Positions 1 to 11,100 of a stretch of 35,007 bases of DNA are shown one piece after another. Location of the stretch: IMG/VR virus record IMGVR_UViG_3300025466_000107, positions 1 to 35,007 of that record, one strand, 5' to 3'. A program made the position numbers and the translations under genes. The stretch's first letter is position 1. Every line of letters starts with the position of its first letter. The notes under the pieces were generated by a model. It did no database searches. It was given only the letters and a program-made list of their open reading frames with translations, and was not told the origin of the DNA. The stretch is from a virus (Duplodnaviria; Caudoviricetes).

Positions 1-2
1 GA

Positions 3-317
3 ATGGGAAACCGTGATGAAAAATCAGGAGATGGTTGGCGGTTTCATGGTCGGGGCTGTATTCAGTTGACTGGACACGATAACTATTACCACTTTGGGCA
101 GTCAGTCCAGAGGGATATGGTCAAAGACCCGCAACTTGTTGCGACCCCTATGTATGCTGCTTTGTCCGCTGGGTGGTTCTGGAAGACCCACGGATGCAAC
201 GATCTGGCTGAAGCGCAGAACTGGGAAGGCTTAACCAGAAGAATCAATGGCGGTACATTTGGGTTGGAAGAACGGATCAAATTAACCCAACACGCACTTG
301 CCGTTTTAGGTGGGTAA
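3..317 (+). CDS. Glycoside hydrolase family 19 endolysin (chitinase/lysozyme-like), C-terminal part; probably truncated by the window edge
   Basis: GH19 motifs GDGWRFHGRGCIQLTGHDNY, AALSAGWFW and TRRINGG..GLEER. Confidence 0.9.
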   Translation: MGNRDEKSGDGWRFHGRGCIQLTGHDNYYHFGQSVQRDMVKDPQLVATPMYAALSAGWFWKTHGCNDLAEAQNWEGLTRRINGGTFGLEERIKLTQHALAVLGG

Positions 318-331
318 TGGGACAATAAGCT

Positions 332-2254
332 ATGGCTGATCAACCTACCGCACTACTCCCCATTATGTTTCGCCCTGGTGTAAACAGGGAACAAACACAA
401 TATGCCTCAGAAACGGTAGGAACTAATGCCCCCAACTTCAGCATTGTAGGCAGTTGGTATGCCTCTCAGAATGTCAGGTTCAGGCAAGGATTCCCTGAAA
501 AGATCGGTGGATGGGTTCCTTTAGCATTAGGAACATATCAAGGTATCTGTCGTTCTCTCTTTAGTTGGTCTACTTTGGGTGGACAAAATCTCATTGGCGT
601 AGGAACTAACCTCAAGTTCTATGTCAATCAAGGTGGGCCTTACTACGATATCACGCCCATTCGGTATACAGTTACCCTTACAAACCCTTTTGCCACAGTC
701 AATACTTCCAAAGTTGTCACTGTAACTGCTGCTTCTAGCGGTGCAGTCCTTGGGGACTTTGTTACCTTTTCTGGCGCATCTGCGGTGGGAGGTATCACGA
801 TCAATGGTGAATACCAGATTCAATCTATTGTAGATACCAATACATTCACCATCCTTGCAGCGACCGCAGCCACCTCCACGGCAACTGGAGGCGGTACAGT
901 TTCAGCCGCTTTCCAGATCAATGTAGGACAAGCCATTGAGGTTCCTCTTGTGGGTTGGGGAGCAGGTGCTTGGGGCTATGGCTCATGGGGAAATGGCGCT
1001 TCTTCTACCACGGCCTTGAGACTATGGAGTCAGGCTAACTTTGGGCAGGACTTGATCTTTGCCCCAAGGGGTGGATCGATCTTCTATTGGGCGGCATCTA
1101 GTACGATTTCGTCTAGAGCGGTATATGCAACTTCACTGTCGGAAGCTTCAGATGTACCGACTGTTGTTAATTTTATCTTTGTCTCCGATGCTAGTCGCTT
1201 TGTGTTTGCATTTGGTGCTAACCCATTGGGAGGTTCTTCGCAAGATCCTATGCTGGTTCGTTGGTCTGATCAGGAATCTGTGACCATGTGGACACCCGCA
1301 GCCACAAATCAAGCGGGTGATCTCCGTCTATCTCGTGGCTCCCAGATCGTAACCTGCGTACAAAACAGGCAAGAGATCGTGGTTTGGACAGATACTTCGG
1401 TCTATTCTTTCCAATATGTAGGAACTCCCGCAGTATGGAGTTCTCAAATTATGGGAGATAACATCTCCATCATGGGGCAGAACGTTGCTGTTCTAGCCTC
1501 TGGTACATCCTACTGGATGGGTATTGATAAGTTCTATAAGTACAACGGTACTGTATCTACCCTGCGCTGTGACCTGCGTGAATACATTTATGGCGATATC
1601 AACACCAACCAAACCCAACAGTTCTTTGCAGGAACGAATGAAGGTTTCAATGAGGTGTGGTGGTTCTATTGTTCAGCCAGCAGTACAGCTATCAATCGAT
1701 ATGTAGTCTATAACTATGTAGATGATATTTGGTACTATGGCAGTATGAATAGGACTGCTTGGATTGATTCCACGCTCCTCACATATCCTATTGCCGCCGT
1801 TCCTAATAGTACTTATGGTAACACTTTGGTGTATCACGAGTATGGTTTAGATGACAATACGACTGGAACTGCATATCCAATCGACTCGTATATACAATCT
1901 TCCGAGTTTGATTTGCAGTTTGGGACTAAGTTTGCGTATGTAAACAGAATACTTCCTGATGTGACATTCCGTAAATCTACGACTTCCAGTCCGCAAGTGA
2001 CCATGACCTTAATCCCCATGCAGAACTCTGGCTCGGGGTATAACACACCGCAGACTACAAACGGCTCTATCAATACAGCTACTGTGACTCGCACGGCAAC
2101 CGCTCCCATTGAACAGTTTACTGGGCAAGTGTTTATCCGATTGCGTGGTAGACAGATGATCTTTCAGATTGAAGGAAATCAGTTGGGATTACAGTGGCAA
2201 CTCGGTACACCTAGGATTGAGATCAAGCCAGACGGAAGGAGAGGTAATACATGA
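332..2254 (+). CDS. Virion tail/head-stabilisation protein (P22 gp10 / tail tubular B-like, beta-rich)
   Basis: 640-aa ORF rich in Trp, Ser and Thr. N-terminal NVRFRQGFPEKIGGW, VRWSDQE, EVWWFY and C-terminal RLRGRQ...WQLGTPR are typical of this podovirus family. Lies upstream of the ejection proteins. Confidence 0.7.
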   Translation: MADQPTALLPIMFRPGVNREQTQYASETVGTNAPNFSIVGSWYASQNVRFRQGFPEKIGGWVPLALGTYQGICRSLFSWSTLGGQNLIGVGTNLKFYVNQGGPYYDITPIRYTVTLTNPFATVNTSKVVTVTAASSGAVLGDFVTFSGASAVGGITINGEYQIQSIVDTNTFTILAATAATSTATGGGTVSAAFQINVGQAIEVPLVGWGAGAWGYGSWGNGASSTTALRLWSQANFGQDLIFAPRGGSIFYWAASSTISSRAVYATSLSEASDVPTVVNFIFVSDASRFVFAFGANPLGGSSQDPMLVRWSDQESVTMWTPAATNQAGDLRLSRGSQIVTCVQNRQEIVVWTDTSVYSFQYVGTPAVWSSQIMGDNISIMGQNVAVLASGTSYWMGIDKFYKYNGTVSTLRCDLREYIYGDINTNQTQQFFAGTNEGFNEVWWFYCSASSTAINRYVVYNYVDDIWYYGSMNRTAWIDSTLLTYPIAAVPNSTYGNTLVYHEYGLDDNTTGTAYPIDSYIQSSEFDLQFGTKFAYVNRILPDVTFRKSTTSSPQVTMTLIPMQNSGSGYNTPQTTNGSINTATVTRTATAPIEQFTGQVFIRLRGRQMIFQIEGNQLGLQWQLGTPRIEIKPDGRRGNT

Positions 2255-2430
2255 TTCCAAATATCAATGTTTCTCCTAACCTGCCTTTGCCTCCTCCTCA
2301 GTACGATCAGGCTTATTTGGATAACCTGACCAAGGTTCTTCGTCTGTATTTCACGAGCAACGATAACGTTAACCAGATTGGTATGAATCAAGTATCCACC
2401 AATCAAGCTCTTATTTGGCTGGGGGTCTAA
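2251..2430 (+). CDS. Small virion-associated hypothetical protein (59 aa, MIPNINVSPNLPLPPPQYDQAYLDNLTKVLRLYF...)
   Basis: Translated by hand. ATGA overlap with the upstream stop, AGGAGAGG SD, and TAATG overlap with the next gene. Confidence 0.75.
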   Translation: MIPNINVSPNLPLPPPQYDQAYLDNLTKVLRLYFTSNDNVNQIGMNQVSTNQALIWLGV

Positions 2431-2780
2431 TGGCTGCTTATCAGAACGTAACCCCAGTACAGTTATCACAGGCTAGTCTAACGACCAGCTATGTCACGCT
2501 CTATACTGTTCCATCTAATCCAACTACTCCTACTCGGACGTACATGAAGCAGATTGATGTCTGCAATACGACTGGTAGTCCCATCACGTTTAACCTGCAT
2601 ATTGTCCCTGCCACGTTCAGCGAGACAACCAATAATGCTTTTATTTATGGTGTATCGGTAGCGGCAAATAGTATTTATTCCTATTCTGGGGTACAGGTTT
2701 TGCCGACTGCTTCTACGATTCAAGCCAAGGCTTCAGCTACAGGTTTAAACATATTCATCAGTGGTGGTGAGGCCGTATGA
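2430..2780 (+). CDS. Small beta-sandwich-like virion/tail protein
   Basis: ATG at 2430 coupled to the upstream TAA; TLYTVP...VCNTT pattern common in phage tail regions. Confidence 0.6.
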   Translation: MAAYQNVTPVQLSQASLTTSYVTLYTVPSNPTTPTRTYMKQIDVCNTTGSPITFNLHIVPATFSETTNNAFIYGVSVAANSIYSYSGVQVLPTASTIQAKASATGLNIFISGGEAV

Positions 2781-3892
2781 CAACAACCGCAGTGGATTAT
2801 TCCAAGATATTTCCAGGGGCAAGCCAGCAGTTTTATGATGCTTTAAACGCTATTCAATCTGGCGGGGCTAAGGTTGGCTCTGTAACTATTCCTAGTCAAG
2901 ATGAGAATGGCAACGATATTTCGTTTAAGAGTACTGCGTTGGTTGATTCAAGCGGGAATCCAATCAGTTCAGCCGGGCTTAAACAAGTTGGCACTAACCA
3001 ATATGTGATCAGTACCCCATCAACTGGCGGGACAATGAACATTCCGGTCAGTATTGATCCTAAAACAGGAACAATTCAACCCGTCAATAATTACCAAAGC
3101 GTATCTTATACAGGTGGATCTTCAGGTTCTGTCCTTGGCCAGATAGGCAACACCGTTAATGGTGCTTTAAACGACCCCCTTGTCAACGCAGCAATAGGTT
3201 TAGCCATGCCCGGGGCAGCACCTTTTTTGGCTGGGGCCAAAACGGTGCAGAGTGTTGCTAGTGGTAAACCCTTAAATGTGGGTACAGTTCTTAATGCTTT
3301 AACTTCAGCATCTGGATTGGGCAGTACATTGGGTTTAGATCCATCCACTATAGATGCGTTAAATACAGCCAAAACTGCTGTCAGTGGTGTAAACGCAGTA
3401 CAGACCGGAAACCTGGCTGGGGCATTGACAAGTTTAAACAACTTAACAAATTTCCTCCCGGCTGGATCATCTCAGCTTGGAAATGTGGTTAGTGGGATTG
3501 CAGCCCTTAAAAAGGGTGACACAGCAGGCGCTTTAAGCGCCTTGTCTAGCCTGACATCAGATCCAAATCTACAGATAGCATCTCAGGCTGCTGGGGTTCT
3601 TAAACAATTAAGTCCAATTTTGGGTGGAGTTGCCAGTTCAAAATCTACAACTCCTTCTAGCAGTTCATCTGGGGCTTCATCTGGAGCTTCATCCAGTGCC
3701 TCCACTCCTTCCGCTGCGCCCATGACTTCAGGTATCGCCACACCGCAGACAACTCAAACAGTTGCAGGGCCAATTGTGGCCTATGACATGGAAGGTGTCT
3801 ACAATCCATTCGTGACAAATGAAACTCAAACCGCTAAAATGTCAGCAAAAGGCGGGTCTATAGGCTTGCCATCTCTATTAAGGGGTAAATAA
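2777..3892 (+). CDS. Putative ejection/internal virion protein, G/S/A-rich
   Basis: 371-aa ORF coupled at both ends; amphipathic GA-rich repeats (GNLAGALTSL / GDTAGALSAL); ends in an AKGG motif. Confidence 0.55.
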   Translation: MTTTAVDYSKIFPGASQQFYDALNAIQSGGAKVGSVTIPSQDENGNDISFKSTALVDSSGNPISSAGLKQVGTNQYVISTPSTGGTMNIPVSIDPKTGTIQPVNNYQSVSYTGGSSGSVLGQIGNTVNGALNDPLVNAAIGLAMPGAAPFLAGAKTVQSVASGKPLNVGTVLNALTSASGLGSTLGLDPSTIDALNTAKTAVSGVNAVQTGNLAGALTSLNNLTNFLPAGSSQLGNVVSGIAALKKGDTAGALSALSSLTSDPNLQIASQAAGVLKQLSPILGGVASSKSTTPSSSSSGASSGASSSASTPSAAPMTSGIATPQTTQTVAGPIVAYDMEGVYNPFVTNETQTAKMSAKGGSIGLPSLLRGK

Positions 3893-6669
3893 TGACGACC
3901 ACAGCCATATCAGATTCTTCTTCAGGTGATAATTCTCAATTAACTGACGAATACGGCAATCCAATATCTTGGAATCCTAATTTATCAACCCAAACCACTT
4001 ACACTAATGGTCAAAATGCTGGAACTTCTGTAACTGATTCATCTACAGGATTATCTTCAACACCAACAGATGGCTCTGGTACTTCCTTATCTTCTGCTTT
4101 AAACGATATTTCCAAGTTTATATCCACCAATAAAGGCATTTTAGGATTGGGTGCTTTGGGTAGCTTGGCAACCAGCAATACAGGTGGCGGGGGAGCAGGT
4201 TCTTCTAGCGCTTCTATCCCAGCCTTGATTGCATCTAGGATGCAGGTTCCCGGCGCTTCTAGCGTTGTCACGCCCGGCCAGCCTAACCAACAGTATTTCA
4301 CAGATACTCTTTATACCGATCCTAGCCAACAAGCCAATGCACAAGCTGCCATTGAGGCTCAGGCTCAAGCCATTGCGGCCAATAGGACTAACGCTCCTGT
4401 GCCTAATTTTGCTATGCCTTGGAATCAAGGAACATCTTCTGGCGCCCCCTACAATACTCCTTCGTATACAAACTATACAACAAGTGATATTGCCAACTTT
4501 ATAGCTGGTAGTGGTTTAAACGTTAATGATCCAGCCGCAGTTGCCGCTGCAACCAAAGCTCAGAATGCTAACCCTGCTGTGGTTAATCAATACATTGCTA
4601 GCTTGAAGAACAATCCTTCTGGCGTGGCAAGTCTACCAACCAGCACAACATCACCTATTGTGCAACAGACAGCAGATGGAGGTGGTGGCATTAAAACTTT
4701 AGCGACCACACCCACTCCCACTGTAACCAAACCCACACCTACTCCAACGCCTACGCCTTCGTATACACCTTATACAGCGCAGGATATTGCTAATTACATT
4801 GCACAAAACAATATTAATATACAAGATCCAGCTCAAGTATTGAATGCTATCAAGGCTACAAATGCTGACCCAGCCGTTGTTCAAGCAGCGCTACAGAACT
4901 TGCCTGCCGCTCAACCTCAGTATCAGCCCCAAGCAGCCCAATCAACTCAAGCCACAACTAATGCTACGAACTTTAATGATCTATTGAATTCACAAGCATT
5001 TACTAATCCTGCGGCTTATATGGCTTCTCAGGCAGCACCTACTCCATCTCCTGCGCCTACGCCTACTCCAACTCCTACGGCAACAACACCTCCTCCTGCC
5101 GACACTTCCACTATCACGCAGATTGTGTCTCAAGGTCAAGCAGCAGGCCAAACTCCTGCTGAGATGGCTTCTCAGCTCATTGCACAAGGTATCCCTGCGT
5201 CTGATGTTATTGCTGTGGTTGGCTCACAGAATGCTGATGTAGTGAATCAAGCTTATGCCGCAGCCTCTGCGCCTGCTGATAACAGTGCTTCATTTGGTTA
5301 CGATACTGCCGCTGACGGTGGATTGATGGAATTGCATTATGCGATGGGAGGATCAACCCCCGCAGAACCAAGATATCTACAAGGCCATACCGATGGCATG
5401 GCTGATGAACTCAACACATCCATTGATGGGGTTCAGCCTGCCAAATTAAGCCACGGTGAGTTTGTTGTTCCTGCGGATGTTGTCTCCCATTTAGGTAATG
5501 GTAACTCTGACGCAGGCGCTAAAAAACTTTATGAGATGATGGCCAGAGTTCGCAAAGCCAGAACAGGCAATGAAAAGCAGGGCAAGAGAATTGATCCTGA
5601 TAAATTCATGTATGGCGGGAAGGCTTATGCCAAAGGCGGTATTGCTAGTTTTGATGGAACAACTACCAGTACAGTATCTAATACCTCTGGGATTCCCGGT
5701 CTAACCAACACTGGGGGAACTTCCACCCAAGGACTATCTTCTTACATAGCTCCTTACGTGACCAACATGTTGGGACAAGGCCAAGCCTTGGCCAACACAT
5801 CCATGCCTGTTTATCAAGGGCCATTGACCGCTGGCCAGTCAGCTCTACAGAACCAACAGTTCATGGGTCTATCAGAAATGGCGCAGACTGGGTATAACCC
5901 AATGCAATATCAAACGCAGAATTGGAGTAATCAAGGCGCTCCACAGATGCCAAATGTTAATGTTCCAAGTCAAACCCAATCGGTTAGTCAAGCAGCCAAT
6001 CAAGGCACAGCAGGCTATGGCCAGCCTATGAGTTTAAACATGGATCAAGGTTCTAGTGCTGCTTCTCAGTACATGAACCCTTATTTGTCTCAGTCACTTC
6101 AGCCTCAATTAAACCTATTGGCTCAACAGGCTCAAATTAATGAGCAAGGTGATTTGGGTAAATTGACCTCTCAAGGCGCATTTGGTGGATCACGCCAAGC
6201 CGTGCTTCAGGGTATGGATCAGAATGCATTGCTAGGCCAACAGGCTAATCTAATTGGCCAAGGCTATAACACAGCCTATAACAATGCTCAAACTCAGTTT
6301 AATGCTGATCAACAAAGACAATTGCAGGCTCAACAAAATACCGAAGCTTCTCGTCAGTTCAGTGCTGGCTTTGGTCAACAGAATTTGCAGGCTCTTGGTA
6401 CGGCTGGAGGAGTTCAACAAGGCATTCAAAACGCCGCAGATCAAGCCGCTTACGCAGAGTTCCAGAAACAACAACAGTATCCCTATCAACAGTTGGCATT
6501 TGAGCAAAGCTTATTGCAAAACTTACCAACAAGCGCAACAACCACTACACCAAATTCCATGTCAGATTTAGGAACAGCCTTGGCTGCGTTGGGTGTAGCT
6601 CAAAATCCTTTGGTGTCTAATTTCTTAGGACTTGGATCTTCTTCTACAACGACTAACCCTCAAGGATAA
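3892..6669 (+). CDS. Putative DNA-ejection (pilot/DNA transfer) protein, Q/T/P-rich
   Basis: 925 aa with PT linkers; a GHTDGMAD...PAKLSHGEFVVPADVV domain; a C-terminal YMNPY...GAFGGSRQA Q-rich region typical of podovirus ejection proteins. Confidence 0.65.
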   Translation: MTTTAISDSSSGDNSQLTDEYGNPISWNPNLSTQTTYTNGQNAGTSVTDSSTGLSSTPTDGSGTSLSSALNDISKFISTNKGILGLGALGSLATSNTGGGGAGSSSASIPALIASRMQVPGASSVVTPGQPNQQYFTDTLYTDPSQQANAQAAIEAQAQAIAANRTNAPVPNFAMPWNQGTSSGAPYNTPSYTNYTTSDIANFIAGSGLNVNDPAAVAAATKAQNANPAVVNQYIASLKNNPSGVASLPTSTTSPIVQQTADGGGGIKTLATTPTPTVTKPTPTPTPTPSYTPYTAQDIANYIAQNNINIQDPAQVLNAIKATNADPAVVQAALQNLPAAQPQYQPQAAQSTQATTNATNFNDLLNSQAFTNPAAYMASQAAPTPSPAPTPTPTPTATTPPPADTSTITQIVSQGQAAGQTPAEMASQLIAQGIPASDVIAVVGSQNADVVNQAYAAASAPADNSASFGYDTAADGGLMELHYAMGGSTPAEPRYLQGHTDGMADELNTSIDGVQPAKLSHGEFVVPADVVSHLGNGNSDAGAKKLYEMMARVRKARTGNEKQGKRIDPDKFMYGGKAYAKGGIASFDGTTTSTVSNTSGIPGLTNTGGTSTQGLSSYIAPYVTNMLGQGQALANTSMPVYQGPLTAGQSALQNQQFMGLSEMAQTGYNPMQYQTQNWSNQGAPQMPNVNVPSQTQSVSQAANQGTAGYGQPMSLNMDQGSSAASQYMNPYLSQSLQPQLNLLAQQAQINEQGDLGKLTSQGAFGGSRQAVLQGMDQNALLGQQANLIGQGYNTAYNNAQTQFNADQQRQLQAQQNTEASRQFSAGFGQQNLQALGTAGGVQQGIQNAADQAAYAEFQKQQQYPYQQLAFEQSLLQNLPTSATTTTPNSMSDLGTALAALGVAQNPLVSNFLGLGSSSTTTNPQG

Positions 6670-6672
6670 ATC

Positions 6673-8121
6673 ATGCCAATGAATTTGTTCAAAGCTCAGG
6701 ATGATTTAAACAATCTGATTAGTCAGGCTAGGACACCTCAGCAAATTGATGCAGCCAAGGTTTACCTTAAGCAATTGGCCAACGGTGCTAATAAAGAGAT
6801 TCCACAGTTCATGGCTCTTAATGTCTTGAATCAAATGGAGTCATCTAATCCCACGCCTCCTCCTCCCACTGGAACTATCAAAGACAAGTTGACTGGAACT
6901 CCTCCTCCAATGCAGGCTGCCCCTCAAATGCCACAAGGTGGCCCACCACAGGGTGCGCCTATGCCTGCTCCACAACAAAATCCACAAGCGATGACAAAGG
7001 GCGGTATCGCTCATCTGCCTGTGGATGAGAAGATGTACAACTTCAAAGAAGGTGGAGTGATTGGGTTTAAGACTGGAGACCCTGTCCCAGATCCAACTTT
7101 CAAAGACCTATACACACAAGCCAAACAAGAAGCGGCAGACTACGCCAAGAATATGGAGATGCCTGCTGACCCCGATGCAGTGAGGGCGCAGTATGTTAAA
7201 GAACATCCTGAGATGGCTATCCTTAATCAATTACCCGGACAGGAATTGCAAAAAGGAATAGCAGCACAAGAAGCAGCCCAAAAGGCCGAGTATCAAAGAC
7301 AGTTGGCTCAAGGCGAAGGCAATAAAGCCATGAACCTTTCTAATGCTTTATTACAAGCCGCAGAGCAAACTCGTGGAACAAGAGGCTTGGGTGGTTTAGG
7401 CCCAGCATTGGCTGGGTTTGGTGGAACGTTCAATGCAGCCACAGCAGCAGAACAAGAGCGTGTAAACAAGCTTAACGCAGCCAAGCAAGAAAAAGATATG
7501 CTCATCTTGAAATACAAGAGTGATCTTGAAGCTGCTCAAAGAGCAGCGGCTGAAGGTAGGTTTGCCGAGAAGTTGGCCTATCAACATAGCATGGCTGATT
7601 CAATTAACAAAGCCAAACTCATGGGCTTTGATCTTGATTCTAAAGCTCTTACATCTGCGGCTGGTATTGATGAGGCTAAGATTCGTGAACGTGCTGCTTA
7701 TGCTGCTGCCAATAAGCCAACAGACTTCATGAATGCTTATAACATTCTTAAATCTGATCCTAAGAATCAAAATGTATCACAGGAAGAACTCCTCAAGAGG
7801 GCTTCAATGGCATTCCATGCGCCTCAAGAAGGTGGCGTACAGGAAAGAATGTTGTCATTTGCTATGGGACAAAAAGCCAAAATCAGAGAAGACATGAACA
7901 TCAAGATTGGCTTGATGAGTCCCAAAGGTTCTCCAGCTTATGAAGCAGCTCAAACTGAGATAGCAAGAAGAGAAAAAGCAATCGATGATCAGATCTCTCA
8001 ATTTATGGGTGGTATGATGCCAACAGGATCTTCCACAACTCCTGCGCCTACACAAACTAACCCTTTGTTGCCACCGCCCAGTAGTGGAGGTTGGGGTCAG
8101 TCTACTGTTGTTAATCCTTAA
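6673..8121 (+). CDS. Putative ejection/internal virion protein (coiled-coil)
   Basis: 482 aa, helical and A/Q/K-rich; MTKGG and FKEGG motifs; sits between the ejection protein and the giant protein. Confidence 0.55.
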   Translation: MPMNLFKAQDDLNNLISQARTPQQIDAAKVYLKQLANGANKEIPQFMALNVLNQMESSNPTPPPPTGTIKDKLTGTPPPMQAAPQMPQGGPPQGAPMPAPQQNPQAMTKGGIAHLPVDEKMYNFKEGGVIGFKTGDPVPDPTFKDLYTQAKQEAADYAKNMEMPADPDAVRAQYVKEHPEMAILNQLPGQELQKGIAAQEAAQKAEYQRQLAQGEGNKAMNLSNALLQAAEQTRGTRGLGGLGPALAGFGGTFNAATAAEQERVNKLNAAKQEKDMLILKYKSDLEAAQRAAAEGRFAEKLAYQHSMADSINKAKLMGFDLDSKALTSAAGIDEAKIRERAAYAAANKPTDFMNAYNILKSDPKNQNVSQEELLKRASMAFHAPQEGGVQERMLSFAMGQKAKIREDMNIKIGLMSPKGSPAYEAAQTEIARREKAIDDQISQFMGGMMPTGSSTTPAPTQTNPLLPPPSSGGWGQSTVVNP

Positions 8122-8123
8122 TT

Positions 8124-11100
8124 ATGCCAACATATAGAATCACTGCGCCTGATGGTAAAACCTATCAGATTGATGGGCCTGCGGGAGCCTCTCAAGAGGA
8201 CGTTAAAAACGAAGTGATTCGGCAGCATCCTTACGCTGCTTATACAACAGAAGAATTAAAGAATGCTCCTACTGCCTCAACCTCAACAGCAGATTTTCTG
8301 CGTCAGGTTGGACAAGGAGGAATCAGCGGGGCCAAGTCTTTAACCGATTTATTTGGTGCAGGCAATGATAGCCTATCCAAGGCAAATGAATATCTTGAAA
8401 AAGGTTTGTCTCCCCAGCTTATAGAAGAACAAAGGATTAACCAAGAACTTCAAGAACGTGCCAAAGGCAAGGGGATACTTGAGGAGTTGTCAGCCAATCT
8501 GCGCCCTGTTTTCCAACATCCCTTTACATCGACTGGGTCTGCAATAGCATCTAGTGTTCCAATGATTGCTGGTTCTGTTTTAGCAGAACCATTGGGTCTT
8601 GCAACCGCCGCCGAGTTAGGAATTGGCTCTTTAATGGGTCTTGGTGGACAGAAGGGTCAAAACTATCAGAATGTCCATGATGAGGCCATCAAGCAAGGTA
8701 AATCAGAACAAGAGGCCGAAGCCCTTGGTCAACAAGCCGCAGAGTATAGTGTTAAAAACTTACCCAGTTTGGCGGCGGGTGCATTATCTGGTGCATTGGA
8801 AGGCCCACTTAGCCCTGCGGCTAAACTTGGAAGATACTTGCGTCCCGGCGAATTGGCAGAGGGGGCTATTAAAAACATACCCAAACCAACCTTTGCTCGG
8901 GCTTTAGGTACATCTGCTCTTGAAAGTGGTTTAGGTGAATTTGTTCAAGGATCAGCGGCTCAGTTGGGTTCTAACCTGGCCCTACAGAACGCAGGATTTG
9001 ATACACCCCTTATGGAAGGTGTCATGGGTGCAGGCGCTCATGATGCCTTGATTGGTGCTTTGACGGGAGCGGCAGTATCGCCTGCTCAGTTAAGCAGTCT
9101 CAAGCGGGAATATGATGCTGACCAAGCCAAGATCCTAACAGAAGAAGCTGCCAAGAAACAGAAAGAAAGCGCAGATCTTCTAGCCAAGTTCAATGAACAG
9201 AACCAAATCAATCCCGAGCTTTTAGCTCTTCCTGCGCCTGCTCCGAAAGTTGAAGGCAATCAGGCTGAACAATCCCTATTCAACCCTCATGGTAACTACA
9301 CGGCAGAAGAGCTAGGCCCAGAGCGTGTAGCGGCTATTGATGCCCACAGGGCAGACAATGGTAAGCCTCCATTAAAGAGTTATTCAATTGAGGACATTGT
9401 TGATGCAATGCCCAGCCAATCTCTCGATCCCAATGACACTCGGGAAAAGAACCCAGCGGGCGAGAGAGCCGATTTAAACGCATTGATTGCTAACAAGGTG
9501 GGTCATACCAATGAGAAGGTAACCCCACAAGATGTGGTCAACAAGGCTATAGAAAAGAACGTAGATCCTTCTGGCGAAGGGTTTAAAGACTTCCTAAGAC
9601 GCACCACAGGTATTGGTGAGTTGAATATGATGACGGACGGCCAGAGATTTGCCGCCCAACAAGCATTGCAGAAGATGGAACCCCATACAGGGGAAGCTCC
9701 TTTAATTCTGCCTCGTGGCACAACGGCTACCCATTACGATGCAGATCAGCGTTTAAACAGCATCAATGCATTAGACCAATTGGGTGGGAACGTTAGCCAA
9801 GAGAAGGCTATCGAAACCATCAAGAAAGCTACCGGACTACAAAGAGATCAAGACGCACAGCATATGATTGCTGACCTTGTTCGGTCTGGTGATTTTGATT
9901 TAAACAAGGACAATGAGCTGGAGCAACCCAGCTCTACCTCGTATTTACCTAGTGGATACCATATTGAAGAAGGTTCGTTCAAGGAGGGTGAGGCCCCAGA
10001 ACACTTCAAGATCATGGCCGGAGATAAGGAACTTGGGATTGCTGATACCCAAGAAGCCGCAGAAGAGAAGAAAAATAAATACCTAGAAACTCGGGCTAAG
10101 AAGTCCGATAGTATTGATAAAGAGATAGAAGAAAAGCAAGCTGCCGTCCAAAAATCAAAAGATGATTTAGAAGCGATGGAGGCGATGGGTCAGGGAAGAA
10201 CTCCTGAATACCAAAAGGCATCTGGTGATTACGCCAGAAAGGTATCTGACACTGAAAAAGAGATTGGGAATTTAAACAGGACTAAAGCTGAATTAGATCC
10301 TGAAGTTAATCCTTTATCAATCAAGGCAGGAAACATCGTACCGAAGACCCGTAAGGGATTCACGATCTTCAAGAACAGCCAATCTATTGGTACTTTCCCT
10401 GATAGAAGTGCAGCAGAGAAAAGCATTGCTGCCAACCTTAGTACCAAGGAACTAGAACAGTTAACAGGTGACAAGCGCAGACGTAGCTTTGCTCGTTTGG
10501 CTGAACAAGAACTCAATGACCGGGTAACTCCAGGAATCAAGGTACGTGTAAACAAGGAGTTTGAGCAAGCTGCTCCTGAACTGGGTAAGCAGCTAGAAGC
10601 CATTTTGGCTAAGTTTGGGTTGAAGGGTGTCGGCTTAAAGCTCATGAGTACCCTTGGTGGAAACGAAGGTGAGTATGCACAAAGCCTCATCAAGATAGCC
10701 TTGGATATCACCGATCCAATTGGTGTATTGCGCCATGAATCCGTTCATGCATTGAAGGCGTTAGGGTTCTTTACCGACAACCAATGGAACGCTCTGAGGC
10801 GCATGGCGAAGGATAAATGGATCAAGGAATTCCTGAAGGATAAACCTTTTGCTGAAGGCAAATCCCGCTATGACGCATACATGGAAATGTACAAGGGGGA
10901 TATGAATGCCATCGAGGAGGAGGCTATAGCCGATGCCTTTAGGTATTATGCCGAGAAGGGAAGCCCCCCAGGAATGATTGCTGCGCTATTGAAGCGTTTA
11001 AACCAATTCTTTGAAGCCCTGCGTAACGTTCTAACCGGGAATGGATTCAACACCGCAGAGGATATCTTTGAAAAGATTGAGAAGGGTCAGTTGGTTAAGG

